Assembly: GCA_021413535.1 (NCBI GenBank)
Contig: JAIOQF010000202.1
Coordinates: forward strand, 1-44,348
From: Verrucomicrobiota bacterium
GTDB lineage: Bacteria; Verrucomicrobiota; Verrucomicrobiia; Verrucomicrobiales; Verrucomicrobiaceae
Reading direction: 5' to 3'
DNA: 44,348 nucleotides
How positions within the stretch are numbered: position 1 is the stretch's first letter; every line of letters begins with the position of its first letter. The translations under genes were made by a program, and so were the position numbers. Of this stretch, positions 1 to 8,124 are shown one piece after another. The notes beneath the pieces were generated by a model. That model searched no databases. It was not told the DNA's origin and saw nothing but the letters and a program-made list of their open reading frames with translations.

Positions 1-1
1 T

Positions 2-397
2 GAAGTGCTCTGCTATCTCGGTATATTCCGTTTCGGAATCGTGGGCGGCCGGATTTCTTGTGGTGCGACACAGCTGCCAGGCAGCAACCGAATCGATGAC
101 ACCACCTTTTTCGTAGAACGACAGTACCTTGAGAAAAGTTTCCCCCGGTTCGCCAGCAAGGAGGCGGGCGTGGCGCATGGCAGCGTCCATGGTGTCTTGC
201 AGCTTGGCAAAACGCTTGTTGACGGCGGCGAGCGTTTCAAACAGCTCAATGTTATTTTCGTTCTCATTCAGGCAGGCTGCCGTCAGTGGCCAGGTGAGCC
301 GATGATCCGAGGCAGCCAGAAAATAAACGCAACACTGAATGGCTTCCAGCAGGCTGGCAAGGTGCAGGCGTTCGTTTTCCAGGGCATGCGCTGTCAT
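2..397 (-). CDS. HEPN-domain protein, partial (3' end lies beyond the left edge)
   Basis: Absent from the ORF track because it has no stop inside the window. I translated the minus strand by hand. The frame is open from ATG (397-395) to the edge, 132 codons: MTAHALENERLHLASLLEAIQCCVYFL...AAWQLCRTTRNPAAHDSETEYTEIAEHF. It carries an R-x4-H motif (RNPAAH) near the C-terminal end of a helical protein, as in HEPN (DUF86 / HI0074-type) proteins. Track ORF 5..457 (+) is its poor-quality shadow. Confidence 0.5.
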   Translation of the reverse strand, partial: MTAHALENERLHLASLLEAIQCCVYFLAASDHRLTWPLTAACLNENENNIELFETLAAVNKRFAKLQDTMDAAMRHARLLAGEPGETFLKVLSFYEKGGVIDSVAAWQLCRTTRNPAAHDSETEYTEIAEHF

Positions 398-676
398 GCG
401 GGTTGCTCTATGAGCTTCACGGCGTTGGCGCGGGCCGGGTTCTGGAACGTCTTCTGAGGCATTTCAAAGGAGAATTGATCGAAAAAGTGCCGGAACCGGA
501 GGAGCCAGACCCTGAAACTCCCGGCGATTCCGGGGCCGCACCTTGATTCTGGCCTCGTTCATGCCTGCGGGTGTATTTTTTGTCCCCCCGGATATTCGTG
601 AAAAATCTCATTTTCCCAGTTGCGAAATGGAGCACGCCCGTTAAGGCTCCCGCGCACAACAGCAACCCTCTCAAAT

Positions 677-919
677 ATGGCAGACTCCAACATCCCAGAC
701 AAAGTTCGCGACATCATTGTCCAACAACTCGGCGTAAATCCAGAACAGGTCACTCCTGAAGCCAAATTCATCGAAGACCTCGGTGCAGACTCCCTCGACA
801 CTGTCGAACTGGTCATGGCATTTGAAGAAGAATTCGGCATCGACGTCCCAGATGACGAAGCCGAAAAGCTTCAGTCCGTCGGCGATGTGATTCGTTACGT
901 CCAGGAAAACGCGGAGTAA
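677..919 (+). CDS. acpP: acyl carrier protein
   Basis: 80-aa product [20 protein letters not shown]...[20 protein letters not shown] with the DSLD phosphopantetheine-attachment serine motif. Internal ATG at 677 chosen within track ORF 620..919. Confidence 0.95.
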   Translation: MADSNIPDKVRDIIVQQLGVNPEQVTPEAKFIEDLGADSLDTVELVMAFEEEFGIDVPDDEAEKLQSVGDVIRYVQENAE

Positions 920-945
920 TCCGCTTCCTTTTTCCATGAACAGTG

Positions 946-969
946 AATGGCGCGTTTCAACGCGCCATT
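946..969. terminator. 9-bp hairpin between convergent acpP and acyltransferase genes
   Basis: AATGGCGCG (946-954) pairs perfectly with CGCGCCATT (961-969) around loop TTTCAA, followed by TTCA. It sits 27 nt after the acpP stop and 2 nt from the minus-strand gene stop (971). The U-tract is short. Confidence 0.45.
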
Positions 970-970
970 T

Positions 971-1936
971 TCATGTGACTCCAGAGCCAGGCACCAGCTT
1001 GGCGAATTCCTTCCAGTATTGGGCGTAGTTCGGATACGAGTTATCGGGTTGGCGCGTGGGCAGGTAGCGCCAGTGCTTATACATCCACATCCAGGCTTCT
1101 GGAGTTTCACGGATGCGTTCTTCAAACACATCCCACACCGCCTGGGCCATGGCGGCGGGACTGTCATATGACGATGGCACAAAGGCGCGGTTGACCCGCA
1201 CCAGATAGTCGCCATCCGGAAGAGGTGCGCAGGTGCAGGAGAAGATGGGCACATTCAAGCGCAACGCCAGGCTGGTGTGCAGGGTTGTGGAGCAGGTCAG
1301 AAGTCCGAAGCAGCGCAGCGCTGCCGCCATCTTGCCGGGCTTGATGTTCAGATCAGTGAGCAATGCTGCGTAGCCGTGCTTGGAAAGGGTCTTCATCAGT
1401 CGCAGCATCGCGCCCTGTTGGGGAATGACGGTGTGACCACTGCCCTCGCGCAAGCGTTTGAAGATCGCAGTCAGATCGGGGTTGTCGAAATCCTGCGCCA
1501 CCAGAACGAAGGGAAACCCGCGAAAGCCCCAGATATAGCTGACTAGCTCGAAATTTCCGAAATGCGGCGTGATCCAAATCCCGCTGCCACTATGCGCCAG
1601 TTCCTCAGTGGTTTCGTCCTCGGCGCGAATGTGAATGGACTTATGAAAATTTTCTTTAGTCAGAAGTGGGGAACAGAAGAAGTCGAAAAACGTGCGTGCG
1701 AAAGTTTGATATGATCCCAGGGCAATGCGCCGGATTTGTTCCGGCGAGATGTGCTCCCGCGCGAAAGCCACCCGCAGATTTTCATGAGCTGTGCGCCTGC
1801 CACGCGCATCCAGCAGATAGGCCAGTGCACCCACACCCTTGGCCAGCAGCAGCACCAGGCGCCGGGGCAGCTTCGGAAACAACCATGCCGCGAGGCTCAC
1901 GGCTGCGGTCTCAAGGGACTGACGAATCTTCTTCAC
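971..1936 (-). CDS. lipid A biosynthesis (LpxL/HtrB-family) acyltransferase
   Basis: 321 aa with an N-terminal membrane helix. It has the HFGNFE (H-x4-E acyltransferase) motif and the overall LpxL-like layout, including the ...TPEAWMWMYKHWRY tail. Confidence 0.85.
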   Translation of the reverse strand: MKKIRQSLETAAVSLAAWLFPKLPRRLVLLLAKGVGALAYLLDARGRRTAHENLRVAFAREHISPEQIRRIALGSYQTFARTFFDFFCSPLLTKENFHKSIHIRAEDETTEELAHSGSGIWITPHFGNFELVSYIWGFRGFPFVLVAQDFDNPDLTAIFKRLREGSGHTVIPQQGAMLRLMKTLSKHGYAALLTDLNIKPGKMAAALRCFGLLTCSTTLHTSLALRLNVPIFSCTCAPLPDGDYLVRVNRAFVPSSYDSPAAMAQAVWDVFEERIRETPEAWMWMYKHWRYLPTRQPDNSYPNYAQYWKEFAKLVPGSGVT

Positions 1937-1977
1937 GATGTTATTTGGTGGTTTCTGAAATGTGCTTAAAGTGGCGC

Positions 1978-2982
1978 ATGGCCGAAGAGCTTCTATCTAT
2001 CCTCAAGACATTGCTGACGCAACCGACCGCGCCGTTTCATGAATATCATGTGCGGGCCGCCATCGAACAGCAACTGCTGGACGTGCCTCATGTGGAGCTG
2101 GGCAACGACGCCTTCGGCAATCTCATCGCCACCTATCGCAAAGGCAAGCGAAGCACCAAGCCAGTTTGGGTGCTCTGCGCTCACATGGATCATCCGGCGT
2201 GGGTCAAGTCTCATGGGAAAAACAGCGATTGGGAATTTCTCGGCGGCCTGCCGAAATCAATCGTAGAAAAAAAAGAGACCCGCGCACTGATGCGTGAATC
2301 AGGCGAGATCGCGCCCTTCGGTTTTGAAGTGAAGATTGACGACGAGCGCGTCGAGGCTGCCGCCTGTGATGACATTGTCGGCTGCGCCATCATCGTGGAA
2401 ACTTTCAAGGAAGTCGCGCGGCTCGGCATTGAGACGACTTTCCACGCAGCGTTCACCCGGGCGGAGGAAGTTGGATTTCTCGGTGCCTGGCATCTGGGCA
2501 AACATTGGCCCTTCGGCAAGGAAGCCGTTTTCCTCTCGGTCGAGAACAGCCGCCCGGTCAACGGCGCTGAACTCGGTGAAGGCCCGATCGTCCGTGTGGG
2601 CGACAAACTTTCTGTTTTCGATAATCTACTGGTCGAACTACTGATGCGCACGGCCGCCGAGCAGGGCATTCGTGTCCAGCGCGCACTGCTCGACGCGGGC
2701 GCCTGCGAGGCCAGCGCGCTACAAGCCTGCGGCATCCGCAGTGCGGGCGTGAGCGTGCCATTAGGGAACTATCATAACATCGGCGAGGACGAATCCGTGG
2801 TGCCGGAATTTGTCATGCTGGACGATGTCCGGGCCATGGTGAGATTGCTCGTCGCCCTCGTGGGAACGGAGCACACAGGTCTGGGCGAGCGCAGCATCGA
2901 AGAGCGCGTGACCTTGCGCATGAAGGAATACAAAAAACACCTCGAGACCGGCAACGCGAAGTTCGAGGAGCGCAACGCCTGA
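1978..2982 (+). CDS. M42-family (FrvX-like) metallopeptidase/hydrolase
   Basis: Starts MAEELLSILKTLL. Motifs CAHMDHPAW, ACDDIVGCA, FTRAEEVGFLGA and GEGPIVRVGD match the M42 layout. The ATG at 1978 avoids the 5' part of track ORF 1666..2982, which overlaps the divergent acyltransferase. Confidence 0.7.
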   Translation: MAEELLSILKTLLTQPTAPFHEYHVRAAIEQQLLDVPHVELGNDAFGNLIATYRKGKRSTKPVWVLCAHMDHPAWVKSHGKNSDWEFLGGLPKSIVEKKETRALMRESGEIAPFGFEVKIDDERVEAAACDDIVGCAIIVETFKEVARLGIETTFHAAFTRAEEVGFLGAWHLGKHWPFGKEAVFLSVENSRPVNGAELGEGPIVRVGDKLSVFDNLLVELLMRTAAEQGIRVQRALLDAGACEASALQACGIRSAGVSVPLGNYHNIGEDESVVPEFVMLDDVRAMVRLLVALVGTEHTGLGERSIEERVTLRMKEYKKHLETGNAKFEERNA

Positions 2983-2994
2983 GATCATTCGCGA

Positions 2995-3939
2995 TTATCC
3001 GCCCAGCCAATATCGCAACAGGGCCAGATTGACTGTCGTCGTCACCAGGCTGAACAGCGTGCTGTAGTAAACGGCTGACGTGGCAAACGAAACGTCGCCA
3101 CCGAATTCGTGAGCCAGCAACGCGGTGTTCACCGCAGTCGGTGCTCCCGCCGCCAGGATGAGAGAGGCCGCAACCAGTGGTGGAAATTCAAAGAGCCACA
3201 CCAGCGCGATTGCGATCAGCGGACCCAGCACTAGGCGGATGCTGATGGCCGACCACAGTGCCATGCGAAATGGCGCAGGTTTCGTTTGCGACATTTGCAC
3301 ACCCAGAGTGACCAGGGCGAATCCAATGAGTCCTGCCTGCAATAGATTCAACGGCTGCCAGAGCCAGGTCACATCTTTCACCGGCACATCGTAGCTTCGA
3401 CAAATGATGCCAGCTAGGACGGCATAGAGCGTGGGCTGACGCAATACCATCAACAGCGCGCGTCGGTGCGAGCCGGGAGATTCGTGGCGCTGCTGCGCGA
3501 GAAAGAGGCCCACCGTAAAGGTGGCAACGTTCATGGTCGCCAGGACATAGACTTGCACGGCCGCGCCTTCATGACCGAAGGCCAGTGTGACCAGCGGAAG
3601 GCCGTAGTTGCCACAGTTGTAGAACATGGTGGCCAGCGAAAGCGCCTGCTTTTGTCCCGCAGCCAATACCAGCGCGCGCCCGGTGATCACACTGCAAAAG
3701 AACATCGCGGCAATCGTCGCGGCGGCGAAGGCAACGATCTTCAGCGCATCATGCCCGCTCAATTCCGTCTCCAGAACCCGCGTAAAGATGAACGCAGGCA
3801 CCATGAGATAGATGTTGAGCTTCACCAAGCTTTCGAGGTGCAGATGGAAGCGCCGATCCATCGCCCATCCAAGTCCGACCGAAACGAAGATCGGCAGGCA
3901 GACATCGGTGAAGAGGTGGAAGAACTGTGAAAATGACAT
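2995..3939 (-). CDS. AEC (auxin efflux carrier) family transporter
   Basis: About 10 predicted TM helices. N-terminus MSFSQFFHLFTDVCLPIFVSVGLGW and the C-terminal half LILAAGAPTAVNTALLA are typical of AEC permeases. Start at the 13th codon of track ORF 2995..3975; 3975 is an alternative. Confidence 0.85.
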   Translation of the reverse strand: MSFSQFFHLFTDVCLPIFVSVGLGWAMDRRFHLHLESLVKLNIYLMVPAFIFTRVLETELSGHDALKIVAFAAATIAAMFFCSVITGRALVLAAGQKQALSLATMFYNCGNYGLPLVTLAFGHEGAAVQVYVLATMNVATFTVGLFLAQQRHESPGSHRRALLMVLRQPTLYAVLAGIICRSYDVPVKDVTWLWQPLNLLQAGLIGFALVTLGVQMSQTKPAPFRMALWSAISIRLVLGPLIAIALVWLFEFPPLVAASLILAAGAPTAVNTALLAHEFGGDVSFATSAVYYSTLFSLVTTTVNLALLRYWLGG

Positions 3940-4046
3940 CGGGCGCGCTGCAACATTCCATGACATGACTTGCACGCCAGTTCATTCTCCGGAGTCGTGA
4001 CTTCACGAATTGATTGCGCGGTATTTTGAGCGAATACTGTTTCAAG

Positions 4047-4511
4047 ATGATGAAAATCACCGCTCTCGCCGCCGTCTTGCTGCTTTCAAGCTGCGCGACG
4101 GGATTCAACCGTGAATGGCGGCAATCATTGGCCGCCGGCAAGCCTGCATCAGGAAAGGATGTTACCGGCGCCTGGCTTGGAACCTGGCGCAGCGAAGTCA
4201 ACGGTCATTCCGGAAAATTGCACTGTGTTGTCACCCGACTCCATGCCGCTCCCTGCACACATAAAAAAGATACCTATCGCTTTCACTATCAAGCCACGTT
4301 CATGAAAGTGTTCTCGGCCAGCTACGCCGTGGAGCATCGCGTGGCTGCGACGAAGGACGGATTCACCTTCTCGGGCGACCAGATTCTTTCCGGCATTGGC
4401 GGCGGCCTTTACCATTATGAAGGCAAGGGCACGTCGTCGGAATTCTGCGCGACCTATCGCAGCCGGTTCGATCGTGGAGTGTTCCAGTTGAAAAGACCGT
4501 CGGGCTTATGA
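4047..4511 (+). CDS. putative lipoprotein, unknown function
   Basis: MMKITALAAVLLLSSCATG has a signal peptide with lipobox L-S-S-C. I recognise no family for the rest. Confidence 0.5.
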   Translation: MMKITALAAVLLLSSCATGFNREWRQSLAAGKPASGKDVTGAWLGTWRSEVNGHSGKLHCVVTRLHAAPCTHKKDTYRFHYQATFMKVFSASYAVEHRVAATKDGFTFSGDQILSGIGGGLYHYEGKGTSSEFCATYRSRFDRGVFQLKRPSGL

Positions 4512-5201
4512 CTTGTCTTCGACCGTGAAACTGAAGGCGGTGGCGGCGAGGATGCCGCCGAGGAACTGTGCACCCCAGAAGAGGAAAATATCGCCGATGG
4601 TTTTGAGCTTCATCACGCAAAGACCGATAAAGACCGCAGGGTTGAAGACGCCGCCGCTGATGCCGCCCAGCGCGATGGCGCCAGCGACGACCGTGAATCC
4701 GATGGCCAGTCCGTAGAAGGAATTGCCGGCGTTCTGCTTGGCTGTGGCCACGTTCAGGACCACCCATGCGAGCACGGCGGTCCAGAGCATTTCCACCACA
4801 AAGATGATGTGTCCTGGTGCACTTCCGGATGGCTGAACCTTGGCTTTGGCTCCGAGAACCCGTGCCTGAAACTCATTTGCCGGCGCAGAGAATGTGGCCA
4901 CGATGTCGAGCACGGCTTCGCTATGAACATAACGGACGAAAATAGCGGCGACGATTGCACCCGCGATCTGCGCTCCCCAGTAGAAAAACATTTCAAACAT
5001 GCCGATCTTGCCGCGGCGCCAGACCGCAATGGTCACTGCCGGATTGTAATGTGCGCCGGAGATGTGACCGCCCGCGTAAATGGCGATCATCAGGGCCGCG
5101 CCGATGGCGAGTGGAGCGAGGGGTGAACCGCTGACGATGGCATTGCCGACAGTGGCGACGAGAATGAAGGTGCCGATGAATTCAATGATGAGTTTTTTCA
5201 T
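4506..5201 (-). CDS. MIP/aquaporin-family channel
   Basis: Two NPA boxes (SGAHYNPAVTI and SGGVFNPAVFI) and six hydrophobic segments. GGAGG lies 6 nt upstream of the ATG at 5201. Confidence 0.9.
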   Translation of the reverse strand: MKKLIIEFIGTFILVATVGNAIVSGSPLAPLAIGAALMIAIYAGGHISGAHYNPAVTIAVWRRGKIGMFEMFFYWGAQIAGAIVAAIFVRYVHSEAVLDIVATFSAPANEFQARVLGAKAKVQPSGSAPGHIIFVVEMLWTAVLAWVVLNVATAKQNAGNSFYGLAIGFTVVAGAIALGGISGGVFNPAVFIGLCVMKLKTIGDIFLFWGAQFLGGILAATAFSFTVEDKS

Positions 5202-5378
5202 ACGGCCTCCGTTATATCGCAAAGCCAGCTCCATGCCAAGGAAGAATTGCGGCACCGACTTTTACCTGGTGGTCTTGATTCATTCCTCGCGGATCACTGA
5301 ACTGATAATGGCGTTGCGTTTCCCACCATCTTCGTGATTCAGATGGAACTGATCGGGACGATACCGGGCGAGGTGATC

Positions 5379-6341
5379 TTAAGCAGCTTCCGTAAATTGA
5401 CCGAAGGCGCGGAATTTATCGTAGCGTTCCACCAGCAACTGTTTCGGTGACAGGCTGGCAAGTTCATCAATCGCAGCGAGCAGTCCGGTTTTGAGTGACA
5501 GCGCGGCGGCGGCGTGATCGTGATGGGCACCACCGGCAGGCTCGGGGATGATGCCATCGATGATGTTGAGTTCCTTCAAATGCTGGGCGCTGAGCTTGAG
5601 GGCTTCTGCTGCCTCGGGTGCGTGTTTCCGATCTTTCCAAAGAATCGCGGCGCAACCTTCGGGGCTGATGACGGAGTAGTAGGCATTCTCCATCATGAGG
5701 ACGCGATCCGTCACGCCGATGCCCAGCGCACCACCGGAACCGCCTTCTCCGATGACCACCGAGACCATTGGAGTGCTGATGGTCATCATCTCGCGAAGAT
5801 TGAAAGCGATGGCCTCGGCGATGTTCCGTTCCTCGGCACCGATTCCGGGAAAGGCGCCGGGTGTGTCGATCATGGCGATCACGGGCAGGGAAAATTTTTC
5901 CGCCATGCGCATCAGTCGCAGAGCTTTGCGATAGCCTTCTGGATGTGCACTACCGAAGTTGCGCAGCAAGTTTTCCTTGGTATCGCGGCCCTTCTGCTGG
6001 CCGATGAGCACGACGCGGCGTCCACCGATGGTGGCAAAGCCGCCGGGCATTGCGTTGTCATCGCCAATGTGCCGGTCGCCATGCAGCTCGACGAACTCAT
6101 CAAAACAAAGCTTGGCATAGTCCAGCATGTAAGGTCGCTGGGTGTGCCGGGCGATCTGCACCCGCTGCCAGGGAGTGAGATGCGAATAGATTTCTTCCTG
6201 AAGCCGCTGGAATTTTTTCTCCAAATCTGAGATCTGGCTGGCGAGTTTTTCTGAGGGCTTGACGTTGTGCTTGCGGCGCAGCTCATCGAGTTCCTCTCGC
6301 GTTTTCACGAGCGGTTTTTCAAATTCCAAAACTTGTTTCAT
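5379..6341 (-). CDS. accA: acetyl-CoA carboxylase carboxyltransferase subunit alpha
   Basis: 320 aa: LEFEKPL..., TPWQRVQIARHTQRPYMLDY, IDTPGAFPGIGAEERNIAEAIA. This is a canonical AccA sequence. Confidence 0.95.
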   Translation of the reverse strand: MKQVLEFEKPLVKTREELDELRRKHNVKPSEKLASQISDLEKKFQRLQEEIYSHLTPWQRVQIARHTQRPYMLDYAKLCFDEFVELHGDRHIGDDNAMPGGFATIGGRRVVLIGQQKGRDTKENLLRNFGSAHPEGYRKALRLMRMAEKFSLPVIAMIDTPGAFPGIGAEERNIAEAIAFNLREMMTISTPMVSVVIGEGGSGGALGIGVTDRVLMMENAYYSVISPEGCAAILWKDRKHAPEAAEALKLSAQHLKELNIIDGIIPEPAGGAHHDHAAAALSLKTGLLAAIDELASLSPKQLLVERYDKFRAFGQFTEAA

Positions 6342-6364
6342 ACGGGTTCAAATTGCGGGGTGGA

Positions 6365-7486
6365 TTATTTGACGACCCGCACCTTGGTGCCGGGCCGGAT
6401 GATCGTAAAGAGTTCTTCGATGTCTTCACGGGCTAAAAAGACGCCCGTCTCCGGCACTGCGGCGGTGGCGTCCTCGTCATCTTCGACGGCCGCCATGACG
6501 GGTTTCACAACCTTGACTGGCTTGGGAGCTTTTACCGGATGGGTCGTGCTCTTGGGCGGCTTCGCAGTGCTGGCAGTCGTGGTGGTAGATGTGGTTTGCG
6601 TGGTTGGCGCATCAACCGGCTTGGCTACAGGCAGGGCGCGAATATTGAATCCGGCCCGGCTTCCCATGAGCCATTTGTCTGCAGCGATGAAGTGAGAGTT
6701 GGCCGGGGCCACTCGTTTGCCATCCACCCAGGCCGCCTTGTCATTCAACGTCAGTTCACCGGGCGGCAGTGCAGGCGGAAGCGGATGATGTTTTTTTGAA
6801 CCCTTGATGCTGGTCGCTGGCGCGGCTGTCACTGCCTCCACAGCGGGTGGCGCACTTTGACCAGGTTTCAATGGAGCCGGCGCGACCCCGGCTTTAAAGC
6901 CTCCGGGCAGCCGCACTTCGATGGCTTGGTATTCTTTGAAGAACCTGCCATGGCGGAGCAGCGCCAGCGTCTTCGCGTTCACGGAAACCAGGATTTCAAA
7001 ATCGAGCGGGAAAACAAACAGATGGTCGCCCGGTTGCAGGGCGCTGCTCATCATGGAGTTCGCCAGCAGCAGGCACTCGACTGTGGTGGCGTTTTTGCTC
7101 GCGATGCGGCCCAGTGAATCTCCCGGCTGGACGATGTAATCTTTGCGCGTGCTGTTCTGGTTCGGAGAAAAAAGCGCATCGAGGTTCATTTCTCCGATGA
7201 TGCGCTTGGCTTCCGGAGCCCGGGTGGAATCCGGGAAATAACGCAGCAGTTCATAGAGCGCTTCGCGCCCTTCCTCGGTGTTCTCGCGCAGAGTCTCGAT
7301 GGCCTTGTCGAATCGCTTAAGGCTGGGATCGGGTCCGGTCTTTTTTTCGACCTGAATCTGTTTGATCTGTTTCACCACCACGGCGTCTTCGCCGATGACG
7401 TGGGTGTAGAGCCACCAGGCGGCGGCGACGCAGGCACCCGCCAGGCCGGTGACGACAAAAAACAGAACGATCTTAAACCTGGACAT
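6365..7486 (-). CDS. membrane-anchored LysM-domain protein with T/P/K-rich linker
   Basis: N-terminal TM helix (IVLFFVVTGLAGACVAAAWWLY) and a LysM motif (YIVQPGDSLGRIASKNATTVECLLLANSM). Low-complexity stretch DAPTTQTTSTTTTASTAKPPKSTTHPVKAPKPVKVVKP. Confidence 0.75.
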   Translation of the reverse strand: MSRFKIVLFFVVTGLAGACVAAAWWLYTHVIGEDAVVVKQIKQIQVEKKTGPDPSLKRFDKAIETLRENTEEGREALYELLRYFPDSTRAPEAKRIIGEMNLDALFSPNQNSTRKDYIVQPGDSLGRIASKNATTVECLLLANSMMSSALQPGDHLFVFPLDFEILVSVNAKTLALLRHGRFFKEYQAIEVRLPGGFKAGVAPAPLKPGQSAPPAVEAVTAAPATSIKGSKKHHPLPPALPPGELTLNDKAAWVDGKRVAPANSHFIAADKWLMGSRAGFNIRALPVAKPVDAPTTQTTSTTTTASTAKPPKSTTHPVKAPKPVKVVKPVMAAVEDDEDATAAVPETGVFLAREDIEELFTIIRPGTKVRVVK

Positions 7487-7500
7487 GACGCGCGTGAGGC

Positions 7501-8028
7501 TCAGCCGATGAGGCCGCGCCGTTTGAAGTCGAAAATGTTGATGTTATGCGACTTTTGGATCATCTCGAATGTGAACTTGAGCAGTGAGATTTCCCAGGTG
7601 TCGTCCACGCCCTGGATGATGGCGCGCATCGGATTTCCGGAGGAACGGGTATCGCCCACCAGCCGGTCGCAGACTGCGGCCATCGGCTCATGCACCAGTT
7701 CTTCGCTGACATCAGTGCGCTTGAACTGAAAGCCATAGCGCAGGACGGCGATGTCCTTGATGTGATCCTTGAACCATTGGCCAAAAGCCTGCCCTTCCTC
7801 GCCGAAGCCATCGAAGCTCCAGTTGTCGAAGCCCTCGGGCTTGAAGATCAAGGGTTTCTCGGCGTCGATCCGGCCCTGGCGCACCCGGGTGACGTTGGTG
7901 CTGTCCATCAGTTCGCTGACGAGCTGGAACTCGAAGCGTGTGCTGCCAAACGTGTCGATGCGGCGGGCTGGCTCGTGCAGAACTTGGGTGTTCTCCATGG
8001 CGTAATGAAAATCAAATTCGGAATGCAT
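7501..8028 (-). CDS. hypothetical protein (no family recognised)
   Basis: 175-aa ORF with balanced, non-repetitive composition, in line with the flanking minus-strand genes at a 14-nt spacing to the next gene. No motif I can name. Confidence 0.6.
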   Translation of the reverse strand: MHSEFDFHYAMENTQVLHEPARRIDTFGSTRFEFQLVSELMDSTNVTRVRQGRIDAEKPLIFKPEGFDNWSFDGFGEEGQAFGQWFKDHIKDIAVLRYGFQFKRTDVSEELVHEPMAAVCDRLVGDTRSSGNPMRAIIQGVDDTWEISLLKFTFEMIQKSHNINIFDFKRRGLIG

Positions 8029-8080
8029 CAGGGGTAGCGCAGCCTAGCTTCAATCATGGACGACGCGAGGGAAAAATAGA

Positions 8081-8110
8081 ACCGGCTTGAACCGGCTTGA
8101 ACCTGCCTGA
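8081..8110. repeat. three tandem 10-mers ACCGGCTTGA / ACCGGCTTGA / ACCTGCCTGA
   Basis: Read directly from the sequence. Lies in the 96-nt spacer upstream of the hypothetical gene (start 8028) and downstream of the dapL stop (8125). Confidence 0.8.
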
Positions 8111-8124
8111 CACTTGCCGCCAGG

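Noticed and set aside
5-457. 150-aa plus-strand ORF at the left edge
   Set aside because: Its composition is Gly/Arg/Cys-rich with no motif. It is the mirror of a better minus-strand frame (2..397) that carries a HEPN R-x4-H motif.
1666-1977. 5' extension of the M42 peptidase ORF. Analogous extensions occur at 10450..10596 (glgX), 40610..40732 (MBL), 42391..42510 (yraN) and 28305..28352 (mdh).
   Set aside because: The extensions overlap neighbouring genes or have Pro/Arg-rich non-protein-like sequence. Internal starts give N-termini that match the family consensus.
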